64,000 bases of DNA from a virus, in the IMG/VR virus record IMGVR_UViG_3300007754_000004, positions 1 through 64,000 of that record. One strand, given 5' to 3'. Under the pieces are notes generated by a model that made no database searches, was not told the DNA's origin, and saw nothing but the letters and a program-made list of their open reading frames with translations. The translations under genes were made by a program, and so were the position numbers. Position 1 is the first letter of the stretch, and each line of letters opens with the position of its first letter. This document shows, one piece after another, positions 45,801-54,300 of this stretch.

Positions 45801-47084
45801 GTAAGGACCGGGGCCGAAGAAGTACCGACCCGTCGCCGGGTCCACTTCAGGCAACCTCTTGAGCTGGTACTCGTCCGCGGCAGAGGCGTCCACGATCTCG
45901 TAGTAGCCAAGAAGGGCCGCCTCATCTCCGTGAGACAGGGCCGCCCCGTCTACCAGATTGACACCCGTGACCCGGACAACCTTGCCGGCGTCTCCCGCAA
46001 CGACAGGGCTCCCCGCAATATCCTGAATCCGCCAGATCCCAGGACCGTCAGCAGGGGTGCCGCCGCCGTATTCCACCACACCTTGCATGGTCCTGCGGGC
46101 TACAGGGATGGGCGTCGCCGCCTGTCCGCCGTAAGAAGCCACCTCACCTGCCGTTGAGGTAGCCTCAAACCCTCCGTCCTCCCACACCTTGTAAGGAGGG
46201 TAGAAGCCGGAAGAAGCCGTGTTCTCCGGCGGCACCACGACAAAGATCCGCTCCCGCCCCACTGCGGGGCCGGAACCCGGCATACCAACCAGCCTCGTAA
46301 CCTGAGGCTGGAAGAGCATGATGGAACGGAGGGCCGGGTTCAAAGGAATCGTGAAGACGCTGGACAACCTCTTTTCAGAGGCCAGCGTGATCACCCCGCC
46401 CGTGTAGGAGGACACCCGGAAGATTTCAAACCGAGCGGACCCCACATACTTGCTCAGCGGAGTCAGCCCATTGACCCCAGCCGCCAGGGTGCCGTCCACG
46501 GATCCCGTGTCCGAGATCACCAGATAGAGGCCCCCGTTGTAGGCAGAGATCCCCGTCCCGGAGAGGTTGTAGGCTTCTGCGAGATCGGCGGCAGACCGCG
46601 AGCCGCTAGGCCCGTCCGCCATCGTCAGAGTGTCATTGTTCCCTACAGATCCGACCGTCCACTGCCAGTCGCAGAAGGGAGAGGCCTTCGTGGGTCCAAT
46701 GACATGGAAAGCGATCGGGTGACCGAGCAGCGAGGGGCCCTTTGGCCCGAACCGATGGGAGCCGTGGTCATAGGGCCTGAAGTTAATCTCAGGGTGGCCC
46801 GCGAGACCAAGTCGAGAGTCGATGGTCTGAACGTCGTGGGGGAACGCCGTCGCTGTCGATCCGCTCTTGTCCGCATTGCTGGAGTCGGGCTCCTGAGTCG
46901 CCTGGAAGCTCCGCTCAAGAGAACCAGCCCAGGAACCAGCGAGACCCGAGACGACCTCACTGCTCTGAATCTGAGCAACGCGGCTCAGATGCTCCTGCCA
47001 AGCCTCGCGAACGAAATCCGTGGCAGCCCTGTTCTCCAGAGCCTTGCGTAGGCGGATCAGGGTTTCGTCGTCACGAGTCGCCAT
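36846..47084 (-). CDS. giant putative virion/tail-associated protein (3412 aa)
   Basis: 10.2-kb uninterrupted ORF, G/S/T/D/P-rich, no recognisable enzyme motif. Confidence 0.75.
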   Translation of the reverse strand: MATRDDETLIRLRKALENRAATDFVREAWQEHLSRVAQIQSSEVVSGLAGSWAGSLERSFQATQEPDSSNADKSGSTATAFPHDVQTIDSRLGLAGHPEINFRPYDHGSHRFGPKGPSLLGHPIAFHVIGPTKASPFCDWQWTVGSVGNNDTLTMADGPSGSRSAADLAEAYNLSGTGISAYNGGLYLVISDTGSVDGTLAAGVNGLTPLSKYVGSARFEIFRVSSYTGGVITLASEKRLSSVFTIPLNPALRSIMLFQPQVTRLVGMPGSGPAVGRERIFVVVPPENTASSGFYPPYKVWEDGGFEATSTAGEVASYGGQAATPIPVARRTMQGVVEYGGGTPADGPGIWRIQDIAGSPVVAGDAGKVVRVTGVNLVDGAALSHGDEAALLGYYEIVDASAADEYQLKRLPEVDPATGRYFFGPGPYFDTTGHTGAAKVEVTFTLHDAISELFTGDFDLDRVEAARLGNLIDPEWVRRTTKIDASGKVPSGGSPGRADRSIFDTESGTGQADPGSLLDLGFRMVLFPAKDDGGGDAVPDFSRPIYTRDVVIDPSVTTDSQFIEVDYAGGLVYLSHAPPASSGGAIVPAGIIGSGGNNPRGEVVLFAACVPYSRESGQTGVGLRVTGGDLESATLGYSSATQRDVFGGRVHATLTAHAAGSNPHTMTLTGTNSANWPETGSAEVLYEGGSPLGLSQGRIFWTGLGNVTGTTFDLTGVATDAAIPFTVPATVVLRKGDGDLRLDTTYGAKWRSGTWRIAYGDLTAQPDGSLLITPTAVQGPAAELRAGFPLGGSSEVARLFLDTKSNRWTTTAPSWASDSEDNEVGLEVARGRLYASLSLDFAAGTLSSTRFLNRVEQVSSVNATIPDSASPPNQFDLVVDEASSVFQTALPTNVAGLCAVVEGSTIASAENASWTPLVAGVRLVVDAKIFGRAGGKLITAREYAEAPANPLNWFAYTAVGSDSPTDIQTAINSHYSGLTPASSPSTTEGSGATERLLVSGRQVRVLPAQYYLESQVINALNPFTTSVASGFALSVFSADPKNDNGSKWATLVLNYDTTITSTDPDEVAAFLNQALYETTYAGYVGDKLDDAGFYETPAGVSASPNAWIGGAAAGSIAAPTGAPVGERQFLFIGPGDARHPTGSETVCLICGGWGSGDASASAQDFYNVMIEVGRVNAEDSSGDIAGLLAGDFDPDPYEIPTCGLFFGDDANDTPSPPVAGDFPSEAAANSGATDLGFSQNGVRPLGHLVGSHRVKSTASSPLRARIEILRGHGSDWFAGPRRAPVFQVGTDLEPGSTPAQAWPDKGYEYGYMGRWVWGAEDLTVIDRTTGSAAGLADIWVSYGLSPHGEMGFSCLLTATSQVGYPSFLIEVTATGTEFDSPSVAPNSIAAGDLVTGIRDGTTEAFEGRVLAWDTSTNTGELLVVSRGTYETTDGHLLPQGFQPTSIGAFSPTANTASTDLEVSIIPRPGFNQFASAFRSLAKHANTALTNTSDEYGQGLDGGSADTTATSSFSGVLVGGGRVDLISLIGPSALPGVSFTTPVVGEGLAASPLQVTTTFLESGVFSTSVALGNLDWPAPDSGGVYDQGLATGESTSESLQRLPKGSYAGGAHVGGVAGLRVSGDAQIWLTNPRPLASTQATAYVRRMLAVKGSVGWNLMEVGPAATGGYDNGMAHAISGFGAARRAGSAAETMFIQEATVSLGLTRADLHAFLMASGQLDWPGTQDDLIRGADAIGALRAAWWVGNPDMPVLMPFLEGKYLQLEDTSGGYTSDNNNGVWRIVGAPVITMSGLSAELESKFPALTSLATGQTGSTANIRDMEDGTLPASAVVSVLQLRVERYAVPPANDANVAATLESFVPESVRANQLQGHPWGIYADIQATEKVYVADVVDPGGSPTGAPQGIHGMSLDPSWLGREDLPMEMIPVFRDGPGTDRWPLPGAARLLGIRSSEDSRGRVTSHAWFSWSGTPGTTTTHHVYARAVVHATARADGLDDLSSASTWGEFAMDRAGRVSFVGHTQRLGPGVLLDGGLGLVMASAFRATPRPVEMETLAGFSVVGQASAWPLTSHFRSRSHGAPSVPSTFNTVEFFEDATVVGPHGSLQFEDARAAQGLPFRLKENAVAASSFASPARLLIARTSPDLGGTDEPNIHITPNDSLFPAPWSGIRFRSPGTVRYERPFRVIDAKGGHQGMNALLGAPSSGIRGIEVPTFGECLLLPKGPPTMAGSGWADFVTDTAVGSTPTDTPLYEFRANKTTDFGISPEMCFSSAERTKDGDRTEGPASHEAGPGVLSQAYRHSRSRSVTGDYPNSGTAEQMRILDGMVIEDVSNGCFFTAGHLGREFAYTNVNTLSGELGNGTRGPINGSITINHGGVTNELQVVYDIGPYVDVSEDPEADTVNGTSNGFGDRIDTVTVVVAASDQEIEQVRRPLVGHRYRITPNVEFVPVLGPRGVGGGLIPPWTDATDPTTSIDSADAIFYSTRYSFKPPGGDFGAGDVGRMIYICGTYNYKYTGWWVVIDVLDNYEVQPAIVNEFDGTGANAALTTSVAVVRKLRREGDAKKHSTTFDGALPLVARAPLLEAASNFRTNQSLMSGTPGDFGNMSLWITDNTGASFYTAGPTILAPGSADPDGIVTLLNSTAAFNGLSTSFGVQFIVWSSNGASLEVTYDLSLLTATQAAQVTGNRAALRVEWLSTSTGHTMPTAGNARDPMSIGFHSYPGHASQLDRGFGDRNNALPIVDNSQHFSRSAAAGLRWVFSAPLTEEHSGSYVHLKRPAKYRFNTLLASQSEAGASLTTKAWVGGNPYPGDDIDEQVDIFRINRCPTTADLILGGDCEEYYTELIKVGRVVSGTNGDSGRGRPLLYSPLGVYGFWPDTVSGEIPSRGHNYVMQYAIQPVARERIVTISPNNMKSSTWVVPGATTSGDVDVGTGPKVMTNTTSGLGFDLSTPWVLMDRSMVSGRTGTLLWNADTGRNYVWTPGPAWWQLWVPSPDNQRDAEEPMPTLRVDLTDAFTQAMQPGGGIASPFPGKQPKGARLLRLWVNFGVWGNNLPSRGEEATPGYVDTSGDPLAPYYMAFNLIVELPGSHAREFKSGISLEEHPYASGPGISPFGGRAPTVMYNHDDNTGTHKAGGAVVVPLYVNREAGDIMPNVMERWVDAGPSNTPGAESDWRTGDPEYGFGCSSESSANDLHGSISYLGNAHNPIVWGSQDFTASVWGARDDSLVLASPLPRSSLTSGGIRSAFTSGLWPDMDDFSGTTPPAVCPQALTGIVVAHGGENPKAPDINAGSAINNVPTTCPHAFTIALTPVGDDFDATDSASIQKFGRRLTPGSFRPKDRPFKVGNWLDYILERYGIAAPSGSMLPPGARVYLEITAGNGDVTNSTGAGCWVGSVKAAFEVETADGTAYVENVNHLGNDR

Positions 47085-47129
47085 GCAATTAGCTCCCGGT
47101 AGCCTGAGGCACCTCTACCGAAGGGCCGG

Positions 47130-47145
47130 CTATAGCCCTCATATT
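47130..47145 (-). promoter_or_regulatory. putative late promoter variant AATA-N6-CTATAG
   Basis: Upstream of the 3412-aa gene. Confidence 0.45.
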
Positions 47146-47149
47146 GAGA

Positions 47150-47176
47150 GGTAATTTCCAGGGGCCAGATCGTATG
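47150..47176 (+). promoter_or_regulatory. ECF-like promoter variant GGTAAT-N15-CGTATG
   Basis: Upstream of the plus-strand gene at 47199. Confidence 0.55.
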
Positions 47177-47198
47177 ACCCAGCAACCGGAGTAGATAA

Positions 47199-47627
47199 AT
47201 GAGTCTCTTCCTTTCCCTGGTCGTCGGGGCTACCCTGCTCGCCATCCTCCTCGCGGGCTCCCTAAAGCAGAAGCCACGGAAGCCGCCCCCCCTCGCCCTG
47301 GTAGGACCAGCCCCGTACATCGGGCCGGCGACCCACACCCACTCCTCAATGGGGACTCCCTACGGGAAGGAGCTGCCCTGGCAGGAAGCCACCCCGGACG
47401 GACACCTCGCGTGGGCTCACGTCCTGCTGGGCTCCGCTCCGCTGGATGAAGGAGCGGGCTACTTCCACAACGTCGGCCACGAAGCTGTCGTGCTGAAGAC
47501 GGATCTCTCGCCGGAGCTGGTGGCAGCGTCCATCGCAACCACCTCTGGGCTTCAGGGGCAGGTGCGACGCAGCGGATCCTACCCGAACACCTACCGCTGG
47601 ATCAGCTACGAGGTCTCCTCGACGGAG
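47199..47627 (+). pseudogene. 5' part of an interrupted membrane-anchored protein gene (intact form 163 aa when joined to 50561-50623)
   Basis: GGAG SD and N-terminal TM; the frame continues in the second repeat copy as ...EVSSTE-ARRRDFGTYTRFSIEVRRLT-stop. Confidence 0.7.
47453..47627 (+). repeat. 175-bp direct repeat, copy 1
   Basis: Matches 50386-50560 with one mismatch seen (offset 2933). Confidence 0.95.
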
Positions 47628-47666
47628 TCGGACGACTGCTCCATGGAGTGTGTATCCGAAGGTCTC

Positions 47667-48770
47667 TTACCAACCGAGCGAGAGTTGACCTCCAATGCCC
47701 TTTCGCACCACTTTTCCGGTTCTCCGCCGCTCCAAGGCCACCAGCACCGCTTCCCCAAGCCGCCGAGCCAAGAGGGGGGGCACGGCATTTCCCACTTGGT
47801 GGGCAGTTGGTACAGTCTTGCCAACAAAGATGAAATCGTCGGGGAAGCTCTGAAGACGAGCGGCCTCACGCATGGTGATGTTCCGGTCGGCCACCGGGTG
47901 GGCGAAACGGCCGCGGGTAAAACTATTACACTTGGTGGTGATGGTTCCCGCAGGCTTATCCCAGTGGAGACGACCGTAAACGCCTCGGTGGCCAGCCTTT
48001 TCCACGCTGACCCGGTGACATGGAAGACGGAGTTCCTCGGGGATATCTGCTCGGCCGCCGCCCATTGGGACGTGGGAAATACGCCGGCGATTCTGGGCCG
48101 AGATGTTGTCTCGGTTGTGATTGGGAATTCTGGATGCGGCCTCCGGACGGGCAAACGGACACGGAAGGTCGCCTATAGCGTCACGAACTGTAGACCACGA
48201 CTCCGAATTGTGGGTCGGTTCCGGCCAAATGAAAGCCTTGGGGCGATCGACTCGTTCGCCGACCAAAAACGCACGTTTTCGATGTTGAGGCACACCAAAA
48301 TCAGCGGCATTCAATGTGTTCACATCGGTTCGGTAACCGAGAGTTCTTGCAAATTCAATCGCTTGAGACAATTGCGCCTTGCCCCTCCTGTTGCGGATGG
48401 CGGCGACATTCTCCATGATGAAGAACTCAGGCTCCATCTCACCAACTAACCGAATGAAATCGAGTACGAGTTGGTTTCGATCGTCTTCGTTGCTTCCCCG
48501 TCGCTGTCGGGAAAAACCCTGACATGGAGGGCCGCCGACAACAAGAGCGGGGTCTCCTCGATACAAATTAGCCTTGGCGAGCAGCATGTCCCCATGTAGC
48601 GTCGAGGCATCAGCCTCCAACACATGGTCGCCGAGGTTGTGGCGGTGGGTTCTGACGGCCTCCGTGTTCCAGTCGAAGGCGGCGCCTAAGCGGAAGCCGG
48701 CTTGGAGCAAGCCAAAAGCGAACCCGCCGGCTCCGGCGAAGCAGTCGATAGCAACGGGAAGGTCGCTCAC
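47667..48770 (-). CDS. DNA (cytosine-5) methyltransferase (367 aa)
   Basis: FAGAGG, GGPPCQGFS, MENV, PQHRKRAF, REAARLQSFP, QVGNAVPP. Confidence 0.95.
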   Translation of the reverse strand: MSDLPVAIDCFAGAGGFAFGLLQAGFRLGAAFDWNTEAVRTHRHNLGDHVLEADASTLHGDMLLAKANLYRGDPALVVGGPPCQGFSRQRRGSNEDDRNQLVLDFIRLVGEMEPEFFIMENVAAIRNRRGKAQLSQAIEFARTLGYRTDVNTLNAADFGVPQHRKRAFLVGERVDRPKAFIWPEPTHNSESWSTVRDAIGDLPCPFARPEAASRIPNHNRDNISAQNRRRISHVPMGGGRADIPEELRLPCHRVSVEKAGHRGVYGRLHWDKPAGTITTKCNSFTRGRFAHPVADRNITMREAARLQSFPDDFIFVGKTVPTAHQVGNAVPPLLARRLGEAVLVALERRRTGKVVRKGIGGQLSLGW

Positions 48771-50068
48771 TTGAGCCTCTTGGTGTGCTTGCGACCAGGG
48801 ATGCTGCTCGAGAACGAGTTGCTGGTCGGCTCCAATACATCACCGTCCGTGTTCATCTCGACGACCTCGTTCGGATCGCGGGACAACTCCGTCAAGATGT
48901 GAGCAGCCAGATGAGCGGCGAATTGCGGCGGCACGGCGTTGCCAATCTGCTGAAACCTGTCGTCAAATGGTCCCTCAAACATCCAAGAGGAGGGGAAGGC
49001 TTGCAACAGGGCCGCTTCTCGGATGGACAGGCCACGGTCTTGTTCCGGATGAACGTACCGACCGCTGGCCGGATTGCGGGAGTAGCCGGTGATCGTGTTG
49101 GCAGGTCGATCCCAGAACATGCGCCCGTAAACATCACGGTAACCATCCACTCTGTCGAGGCACTTTGGACCTACGCCGGGTGGTCTTGAGCCGCCGTCCT
49201 TGGGGATTTGTCGAATCGTAGCGACGGTGCTGGCTCGGTGTCGGGTACAGGCATGCATCGGATCGTCGGGTGACGGGGAGCGGGGCCCGATGGGAGGCAG
49301 GTGCCCAATGGCGGAGCGTACGGTGCGGTAGTCAGCGCTGTCGGTCAGGAAGGGGTCAGGCATTCGGAATGGGCGTGGAGAGGCCAACACCAGGGCTCGG
49401 AATCGGGCCTGAGGTACACCAAAACCAGCAAGGTTGTGGATGCGGGCCCGCACAATGTAGTCGGGATCGAGCAATTTCTTCAGGGACTGAAAACGGTCTA
49501 AGTACTTATGAGCCAGCAACTCCGGCACATTTTCCATGACTATGAAGTCAGGGTTGAGACGGCGTGCGATGCGAGCAAAGGCGTCTACGAGGTGGTTGCG
49601 TTCGTCAGATTCCCGGCGAAGGCGCTTTCCGTGAGCGGAGAAGCCCTGACACGGGGGCCCCCCGATGAGAACCTTGGGGGCCCCCGAAACGAGGCCGAGG
49701 CTACTCAAGAAGTTGTCGATGTTGTCATCGGATGCCGCGACAACGGCCAGATCTTCTCGTCGCACCCGTACCGGCAGGTTGCGGTCGAACGTGTCGGCCG
49801 CGTGGGGGTCGAGGTCTGCCGCACCCGCCAGTCGGAAACTGTTGATAGAGCGCCCGATAGCTTCAAAGCCGGCAGCAAGCCCACCACAACCGCAGAAGAG
49901 GTCAATGACTTCGATCGGGCCGGAGGCCGGGGGGGCTTGAGGATCGAAGGCGGCGACAGCCTGCTCCGCTATCGCGCGGAGTGGATACCGAGCCCCTTCT
50001 CCGCCTTGGCCCTCTCGACTTGTGGCCAACGGTTTCGGCTGAATCTGGCTGGACGGGACAATTCTCAT
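48767..50068 (-). CDS. DNA (cytosine-5) methyltransferase (~433 aa)
   Basis: FCGCGG, GGPPCQGFS, MENV, PQARFR, QIGNAVPP; start set at the TGATG overlap with the regulator. Confidence 0.95.
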   Translation of the reverse strand: MRIVPSSQIQPKPLATSREGQGGEGARYPLRAIAEQAVAAFDPQAPPASGPIEVIDLFCGCGGLAAGFEAIGRSINSFRLAGAADLDPHAADTFDRNLPVRVRREDLAVVAASDDNIDNFLSSLGLVSGAPKVLIGGPPCQGFSAHGKRLRRESDERNHLVDAFARIARRLNPDFIVMENVPELLAHKYLDRFQSLKKLLDPDYIVRARIHNLAGFGVPQARFRALVLASPRPFRMPDPFLTDSADYRTVRSAIGHLPPIGPRSPSPDDPMHACTRHRASTVATIRQIPKDGGSRPPGVGPKCLDRVDGYRDVYGRMFWDRPANTITGYSRNPASGRYVHPEQDRGLSIREAALLQAFPSSWMFEGPFDDRFQQIGNAVPPQFAAHLAAHILTELSRDPNEVVEMNTDGDVLEPTSNSFSSSIPGRKHTKRLK

Positions 50069-50277
50069 CAGGGCTGCTTCCGGTTGACGGGGTCGAAGAG
50101 GGGGCGTTGTTCGGGGAAGCCGACCGCGTCCAGGTGTTGCTTGATCAGGTGATCTGCAAACGTGCTTTTCTTGCGGCATGTCTGCTCGCAATAGGCTTGG
50201 TAGCGCTCATACTCAACAAGGCTGAGGCAGACGGTGATGCGTCGAGTGGTCTGGTGCTGTTTGCTCTCCGCAGGCAT
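50068..50277 (-). CDS. small ribbon-helix-helix-like regulator (69 aa)
   Basis: RRITVCLSLVEYERYQAYCEQTCRKKSTFADHLIKQHL; GAGGAG SD; first gene of the MTase operon. Confidence 0.65.
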   Translation of the reverse strand: MPAESKQHQTTRRITVCLSLVEYERYQAYCEQTCRKKSTFADHLIKQHLDAVGFPEQRPLFDPVNRKQP

Positions 50278-50298
50278 GGGTCGCTCCTCTCTCCCGGC

Positions 50299-50328
50299 AG
50301 TATAACAAGCCTGCACAAGATTGCGCAA
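50299..50328 (-). promoter_or_regulatory. sigma70-like promoter of the MTase cassette (TTGCGC-N18-TATACT, extended -10)
   Basis: TGnTATACT about 20 nt upstream of the regulator start. Confidence 0.5.
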
Positions 50329-50385
50329 AACATCTCAAAAGTGCGCACTCTTACGTCATAGTGCGCTATTCGCCGAAGGAAGCGA

Positions 50386-50560
50386 AGCGGGCTACTTCCA
50401 CAACGTCGGCCACGAAGCTGTCGTGCTGAAGACGGATCTCTCGCCGGAGCTGGTGGCAGCGTCCATCGCAACCACCTCTGGGCTTCAGGGGCAGGTGCGA
50501 CACAGCGGATCCTACCCGAACACCTACCGCTGGATCAGCTACGAGGTCTCCTCGACGGAG
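50386..50560 (+). repeat. 175-bp direct repeat, copy 2
   Basis: See copy 1. Confidence 0.95.
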
Positions 50561-50597
50561 GCCCGACGCCGGGACTTCGGAACCTACACCCGATTCT

Positions 50598-51290
50598 CTA
50601 TCGAAGTCCGGCGCCTGACATAGTCACCTCGATAGCGACGTAGGTGTAGCGGTCATCCTGAGTAGGGACGCTCCCCGTAGTCACCACTAGCGTGTGGTCT
50701 CCCCGATCCCACTCGCGGTAGACTCGGACATATCCCCACTCGACTGCGTAGAAGAAGGGGACTTGGCTGCTCTCCCAATCCCGACAACGGAAGTTGGTGA
50801 AGTAGCCCTGAGCGGAGGGGTTGCTCCAATCGCAGTGCTTCCCGGGCGTCCGGGAAGGGGTCGGGAGGGAGCGCATCCTTCCCCGGCCCTCCTTCAACCA
50901 GAGTGCCTCATCCCAGACGAAGGACTCTTCGTACTCCCCCTTGAGGGACGCCGTGAGAGCCTCGAAATAAGCCCACTCTTCGTCGGTGGATCGCTCAGGG
51001 CTGTAGAAGAGCTGGCTGTCGTTCCCAGGGTACAACGGCTCCGGGAGGAACAACCACTGAACCAGTGTCCCCCCTTCGTCGAACCTGTACTCCGTCTCCC
51101 CCGCAACCCCCATCCGAGTCTCCTTGTACCGGAGAATACCGGACTGGACCAGGAGAGGCGGGAGGCCCTGATGGGCGTGGCGGACCAGATGCTCGGAGGA
51201 GCCCAGCGGGGGCCCCATCATGTCAAAGGTCACGGGGCCCTTGTCACAAGCCAGGGTCAGCAGGCAGAAAATCGTCGGGGGAAGTCTCAT
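50598..51290 (-). CDS. putative lipoprotein (230 aa)
   Basis: MRLPPTIFCLLTLA|C lipobox-like signal. Confidence 0.65.
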   Translation of the reverse strand: MRLPPTIFCLLTLACDKGPVTFDMMGPPLGSSEHLVRHAHQGLPPLLVQSGILRYKETRMGVAGETEYRFDEGGTLVQWLFLPEPLYPGNDSQLFYSPERSTDEEWAYFEALTASLKGEYEESFVWDEALWLKEGRGRMRSLPTPSRTPGKHCDWSNPSAQGYFTNFRCRDWESSQVPFFYAVEWGYVRVYREWDRGDHTLVVTTGSVPTQDDRYTYVAIEVTMSGAGLR

Positions 51291-51315
51291 CTCATTGCTC
51301 AGTAGTTCCCTTCCC

Positions 51316-51342
51316 TATACGAACCCGCCCAGGAAACTTTCC
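51316..51342 (-). promoter_or_regulatory. ECF-like promoter motif GGAAAG-N15-CGTATA
   Basis: Motif copy. Confidence 0.65.
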
Positions 51343-51387
51343 GAAGAAAGATTCCAAGAAACCTGTGGGCCCGCGTATATAGGGGGT

Positions 51388-54300
51388 TTACGAGCGGATA
51401 ATTTCCAAACCCACGAGGCCGCGGAGGTTATCTACGGTGCCGCTGCTACCCCCCTGCTCCAGGTTGAGGGCCTTCCCTCCGGCGGTATCCTTGATGATAA
51501 CCTTCACGAGGACCGGGACGGTCCCTTCAGCGGAGACGAAGAGAGTCGCCGCTGGACCTACGTGGACCCGCACCTGACACTCCACAACGCCCGAGACAGC
51601 GTCCACATCATCAAACGTGGCAGGTCCCGTGACCTGACAGCCGGCTCCATCTTGGAAGGAATCCTGCTTGCTAGGGCCGGCACCGTCGCCCCGCCCAAGG
51701 TCCATCCAGGTCGTCCGTCCAGGGACCTTGACCAGGATAGCAATCTCCGGAGCCCCAGGCCCGGGAGGATCGTAAGCGAAATCGTTGAGGAGAAGGCCCT
51801 TCACCTTGAGAGTGAATAGGGCTGAACCTTCGGCTGCAACCGGGGTACCCGAATTCTTGAACCCTACATCGAAGGCTCGGATGTAGATCCGGTCTCCAGT
51901 CTCCGAGCTGTAATCCGGCTGGTCTGCGGCGATATCAGAATCCCCTGAAGGACCGGAGGGACGCATCCCGGAGCTGTAGTCGTGCTGGGGGAAAATCAAC
52001 ACGCCTGCGCTGGGGAAAGCAGACGCCACCCCGTCCGAGAGGGGCGGGTTCCGATCCGGGAGACCCGCGACCTGAAGCTCTCCCGCAGGGATGGAGCTGA
52101 GATGGTTCCCAAGCTGCACCCAGGAACTCGTATCGTAGCCCGAGACCGCCGTAGTCCCCGCTCGTACAGGGACGTCAATCGCAGAAGAGGCCCCGCCGAG
52201 CCCTGGCCCCACCAGGAGAGCCTGATCTCCCGCCGACACCCCCGGGAAGGTAGCATCATAGCGGTAGACCTCATCAAGGAACCGCTCCTCTACGTCCTTC
52301 TGAGCCGTCTGAGTACCCGCCGCCGCAGTGGTCGCCGTCGCGGGGTTGGCATACACGGACTCATCGGTGCTGTGGAAGAGCAGGGTGTCCCCGTTGGTCT
52401 CCAGAATCGTTGTTCCATACACGGCCGTCGCCGCTGCGCTGTTCCCCAGGGGACGACGGATAAACATCCTGACCCGAGCATCCCTGGAGAAGCTGGGAGC
52501 CGAATCGTCCCCCGTGGGCTGGAAGCCTGTACCGGCGATCGTAAAATCAGCCTTGTCCGTGAGACCAGGAGGGGCGACCAGGGAGAAAGGACCGTCAGTG
52601 TCCCCGAGATGAGTCATGTTCATCTCAATCCGGCCTGCCTTGGACGTGCCTGTACCAGCGGGCACGGAAAAGGTCGTCCCCTGAGCGAACGGGCCCACCC
52701 AGAGGAAACCGACGTCAGGGCCTTCCAAGCCAGAAGAAGCGGGGGTCCCGTTCCCCACTCGATAGCTGCTATCCCAGACCCCCGTCGCCTCCATCGGGAG
52801 CGACGTGATCTTCCAGGGGTTGAGCTGGGTGGACGGGATGAAGTAGCTGACACCGCTCAACACCTGGACGTTCACCGGAGAACCCGGGTCAAAGGTGTAG
52901 ACCGTGTTGACAAACACGGGAGCCGCCGTGCCGTCATCATCCTCGATATGAGCACCGCGGACGATGCGGTAGCTCCCCGCCGGATCGAAGGGCGAGGAAC
53001 CCGTGGAGAGGTTGGCCGGAAGCTCCACGTTGGTCCAATTGACGATATTGGCAGACCATAGGGCACTGTCCGCAGGGGAGGTGCCGTCCACCACGAGGGC
53101 CTCAAAAGCGGCCTCCGTCTTGAAGTGGAGGAGCAGGAAGGAGCCGATATCCCGGGCGTCGCCGCCAGCTACCGTGGGGAACTCGAACCGCTGACGGAAA
53201 CGAGCCAATTGGAAGGTCCAATAGGTCGTCTCAAAATCGGTGAAATCACCCGCCTGAGTGAGATCCGTCCCTGCATTGAGGGCGATTGTCGGCTTGCTGA
53301 AATAGCGAGTCCGCTCTGCCGTCGGTGTGAATCGCAACCCCGTCGAGGTGCTGTAGTCGTTCAGGTAGGGCAACCTGTATCGGAAGAAGTTGTTGTCATC
53401 CCGGTTGTCCGCCGCTCCCGCGAGTGTGGGAGCCGACGCGGAGGTAGTTCCCCCGAGGATATCGAAGCCCAGACGGGTCATGCCGACCGTCGTGTCCGCC
53501 GCCGGGGGGGAGACGCCACCCGTGGAAGAGACTCCCGTGTGCAACTCAGAGAGATCAAACTGACCTGTTGCTCGCCCAGGGAAGGTATAGGGATCAAAGC
53601 CGTCTGAAGTCGAGTCTCCCAGCGTGAACATCCCGCCCGGGTCACCGTCGCATCCAGAAACCTTCCCCGATCCAAGGGAGAGAGCGGCGATGCACCGAAG
53701 GTTCTGAGCCTGACCGGTGAAATCCGCAAGGGTTCCTCCGGCTGGGAAGTACAGGAGAGCCAACACGCCTCGATCAGCGGGGTAAACCGCGCCGCTGACT
53801 ACAGCGTAGCTGTTCCCTGATCCGGGCTTCGGCATCACCCGAGCGGTCTCGATGACCGCACTCCCCCGAGTGAACCCGCCCTGATAAGTGTCCCCTGAAC
53901 CCCCGCCCGTATAAGTCCCGTCCGCGACGTTGAAGGTGCTGTCCGTTGAGGGGTCATTCCCCGGCGTCGTGAAGCCGTCAGCGTACTTCGGGAGGACGTG
54001 GAAATAGGGGTAGATATCCGTGTCAGCGTTGGGGGCTGTTATGTCCGGACATGTCACCACACCATTAGCGACGAGGCCGGCGTCGTTCAGCTTCAGGACT
54101 CCCCAATCCGGGACACCAGAGAACGTCAGGTAGCTGAGATCCTTCCCCAGACCAGGAGGTCGGGGCGGAACCAGAGCAGCCAGCTCGTCAAAACCCTCCT
54201 GCGTGCTGTCTCCGTCAAAGGAGCCCGACTCGTCTTCCAGAGCGATGGCTGACGCCGCGTGAGCGGCTGTCGGGTCATCAACATGCCCGCTGACGCTGGA

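Larger units (their letters stand above)
47628..50385 (-). mobile_element. methyltransferase cassette inserted with a long target duplication
   Basis: Two C5 MTases plus a regulator between 175-bp direct repeats; no integrase or transposase. Confidence 0.8.

Noticed and set aside
47628-48449. C-terminal 273 aa of the 416-aa ORF 47199-48449
   Set aside because: Read-through antisense to the C5 MTase after the insertion point; not part of the original gene.
50069-50191. N-terminal extension of the 474-aa MTase ORF
   Set aside because: It overlaps the RHH-like gene; the TGATG coupling at 50068 gives a better start.
47453-50560. IS/composite transposon, or DGR template/variable repeat pair
   Set aside because: No transposase, terminal inverted repeats or reverse transcriptase, and the copies differ at only one position.
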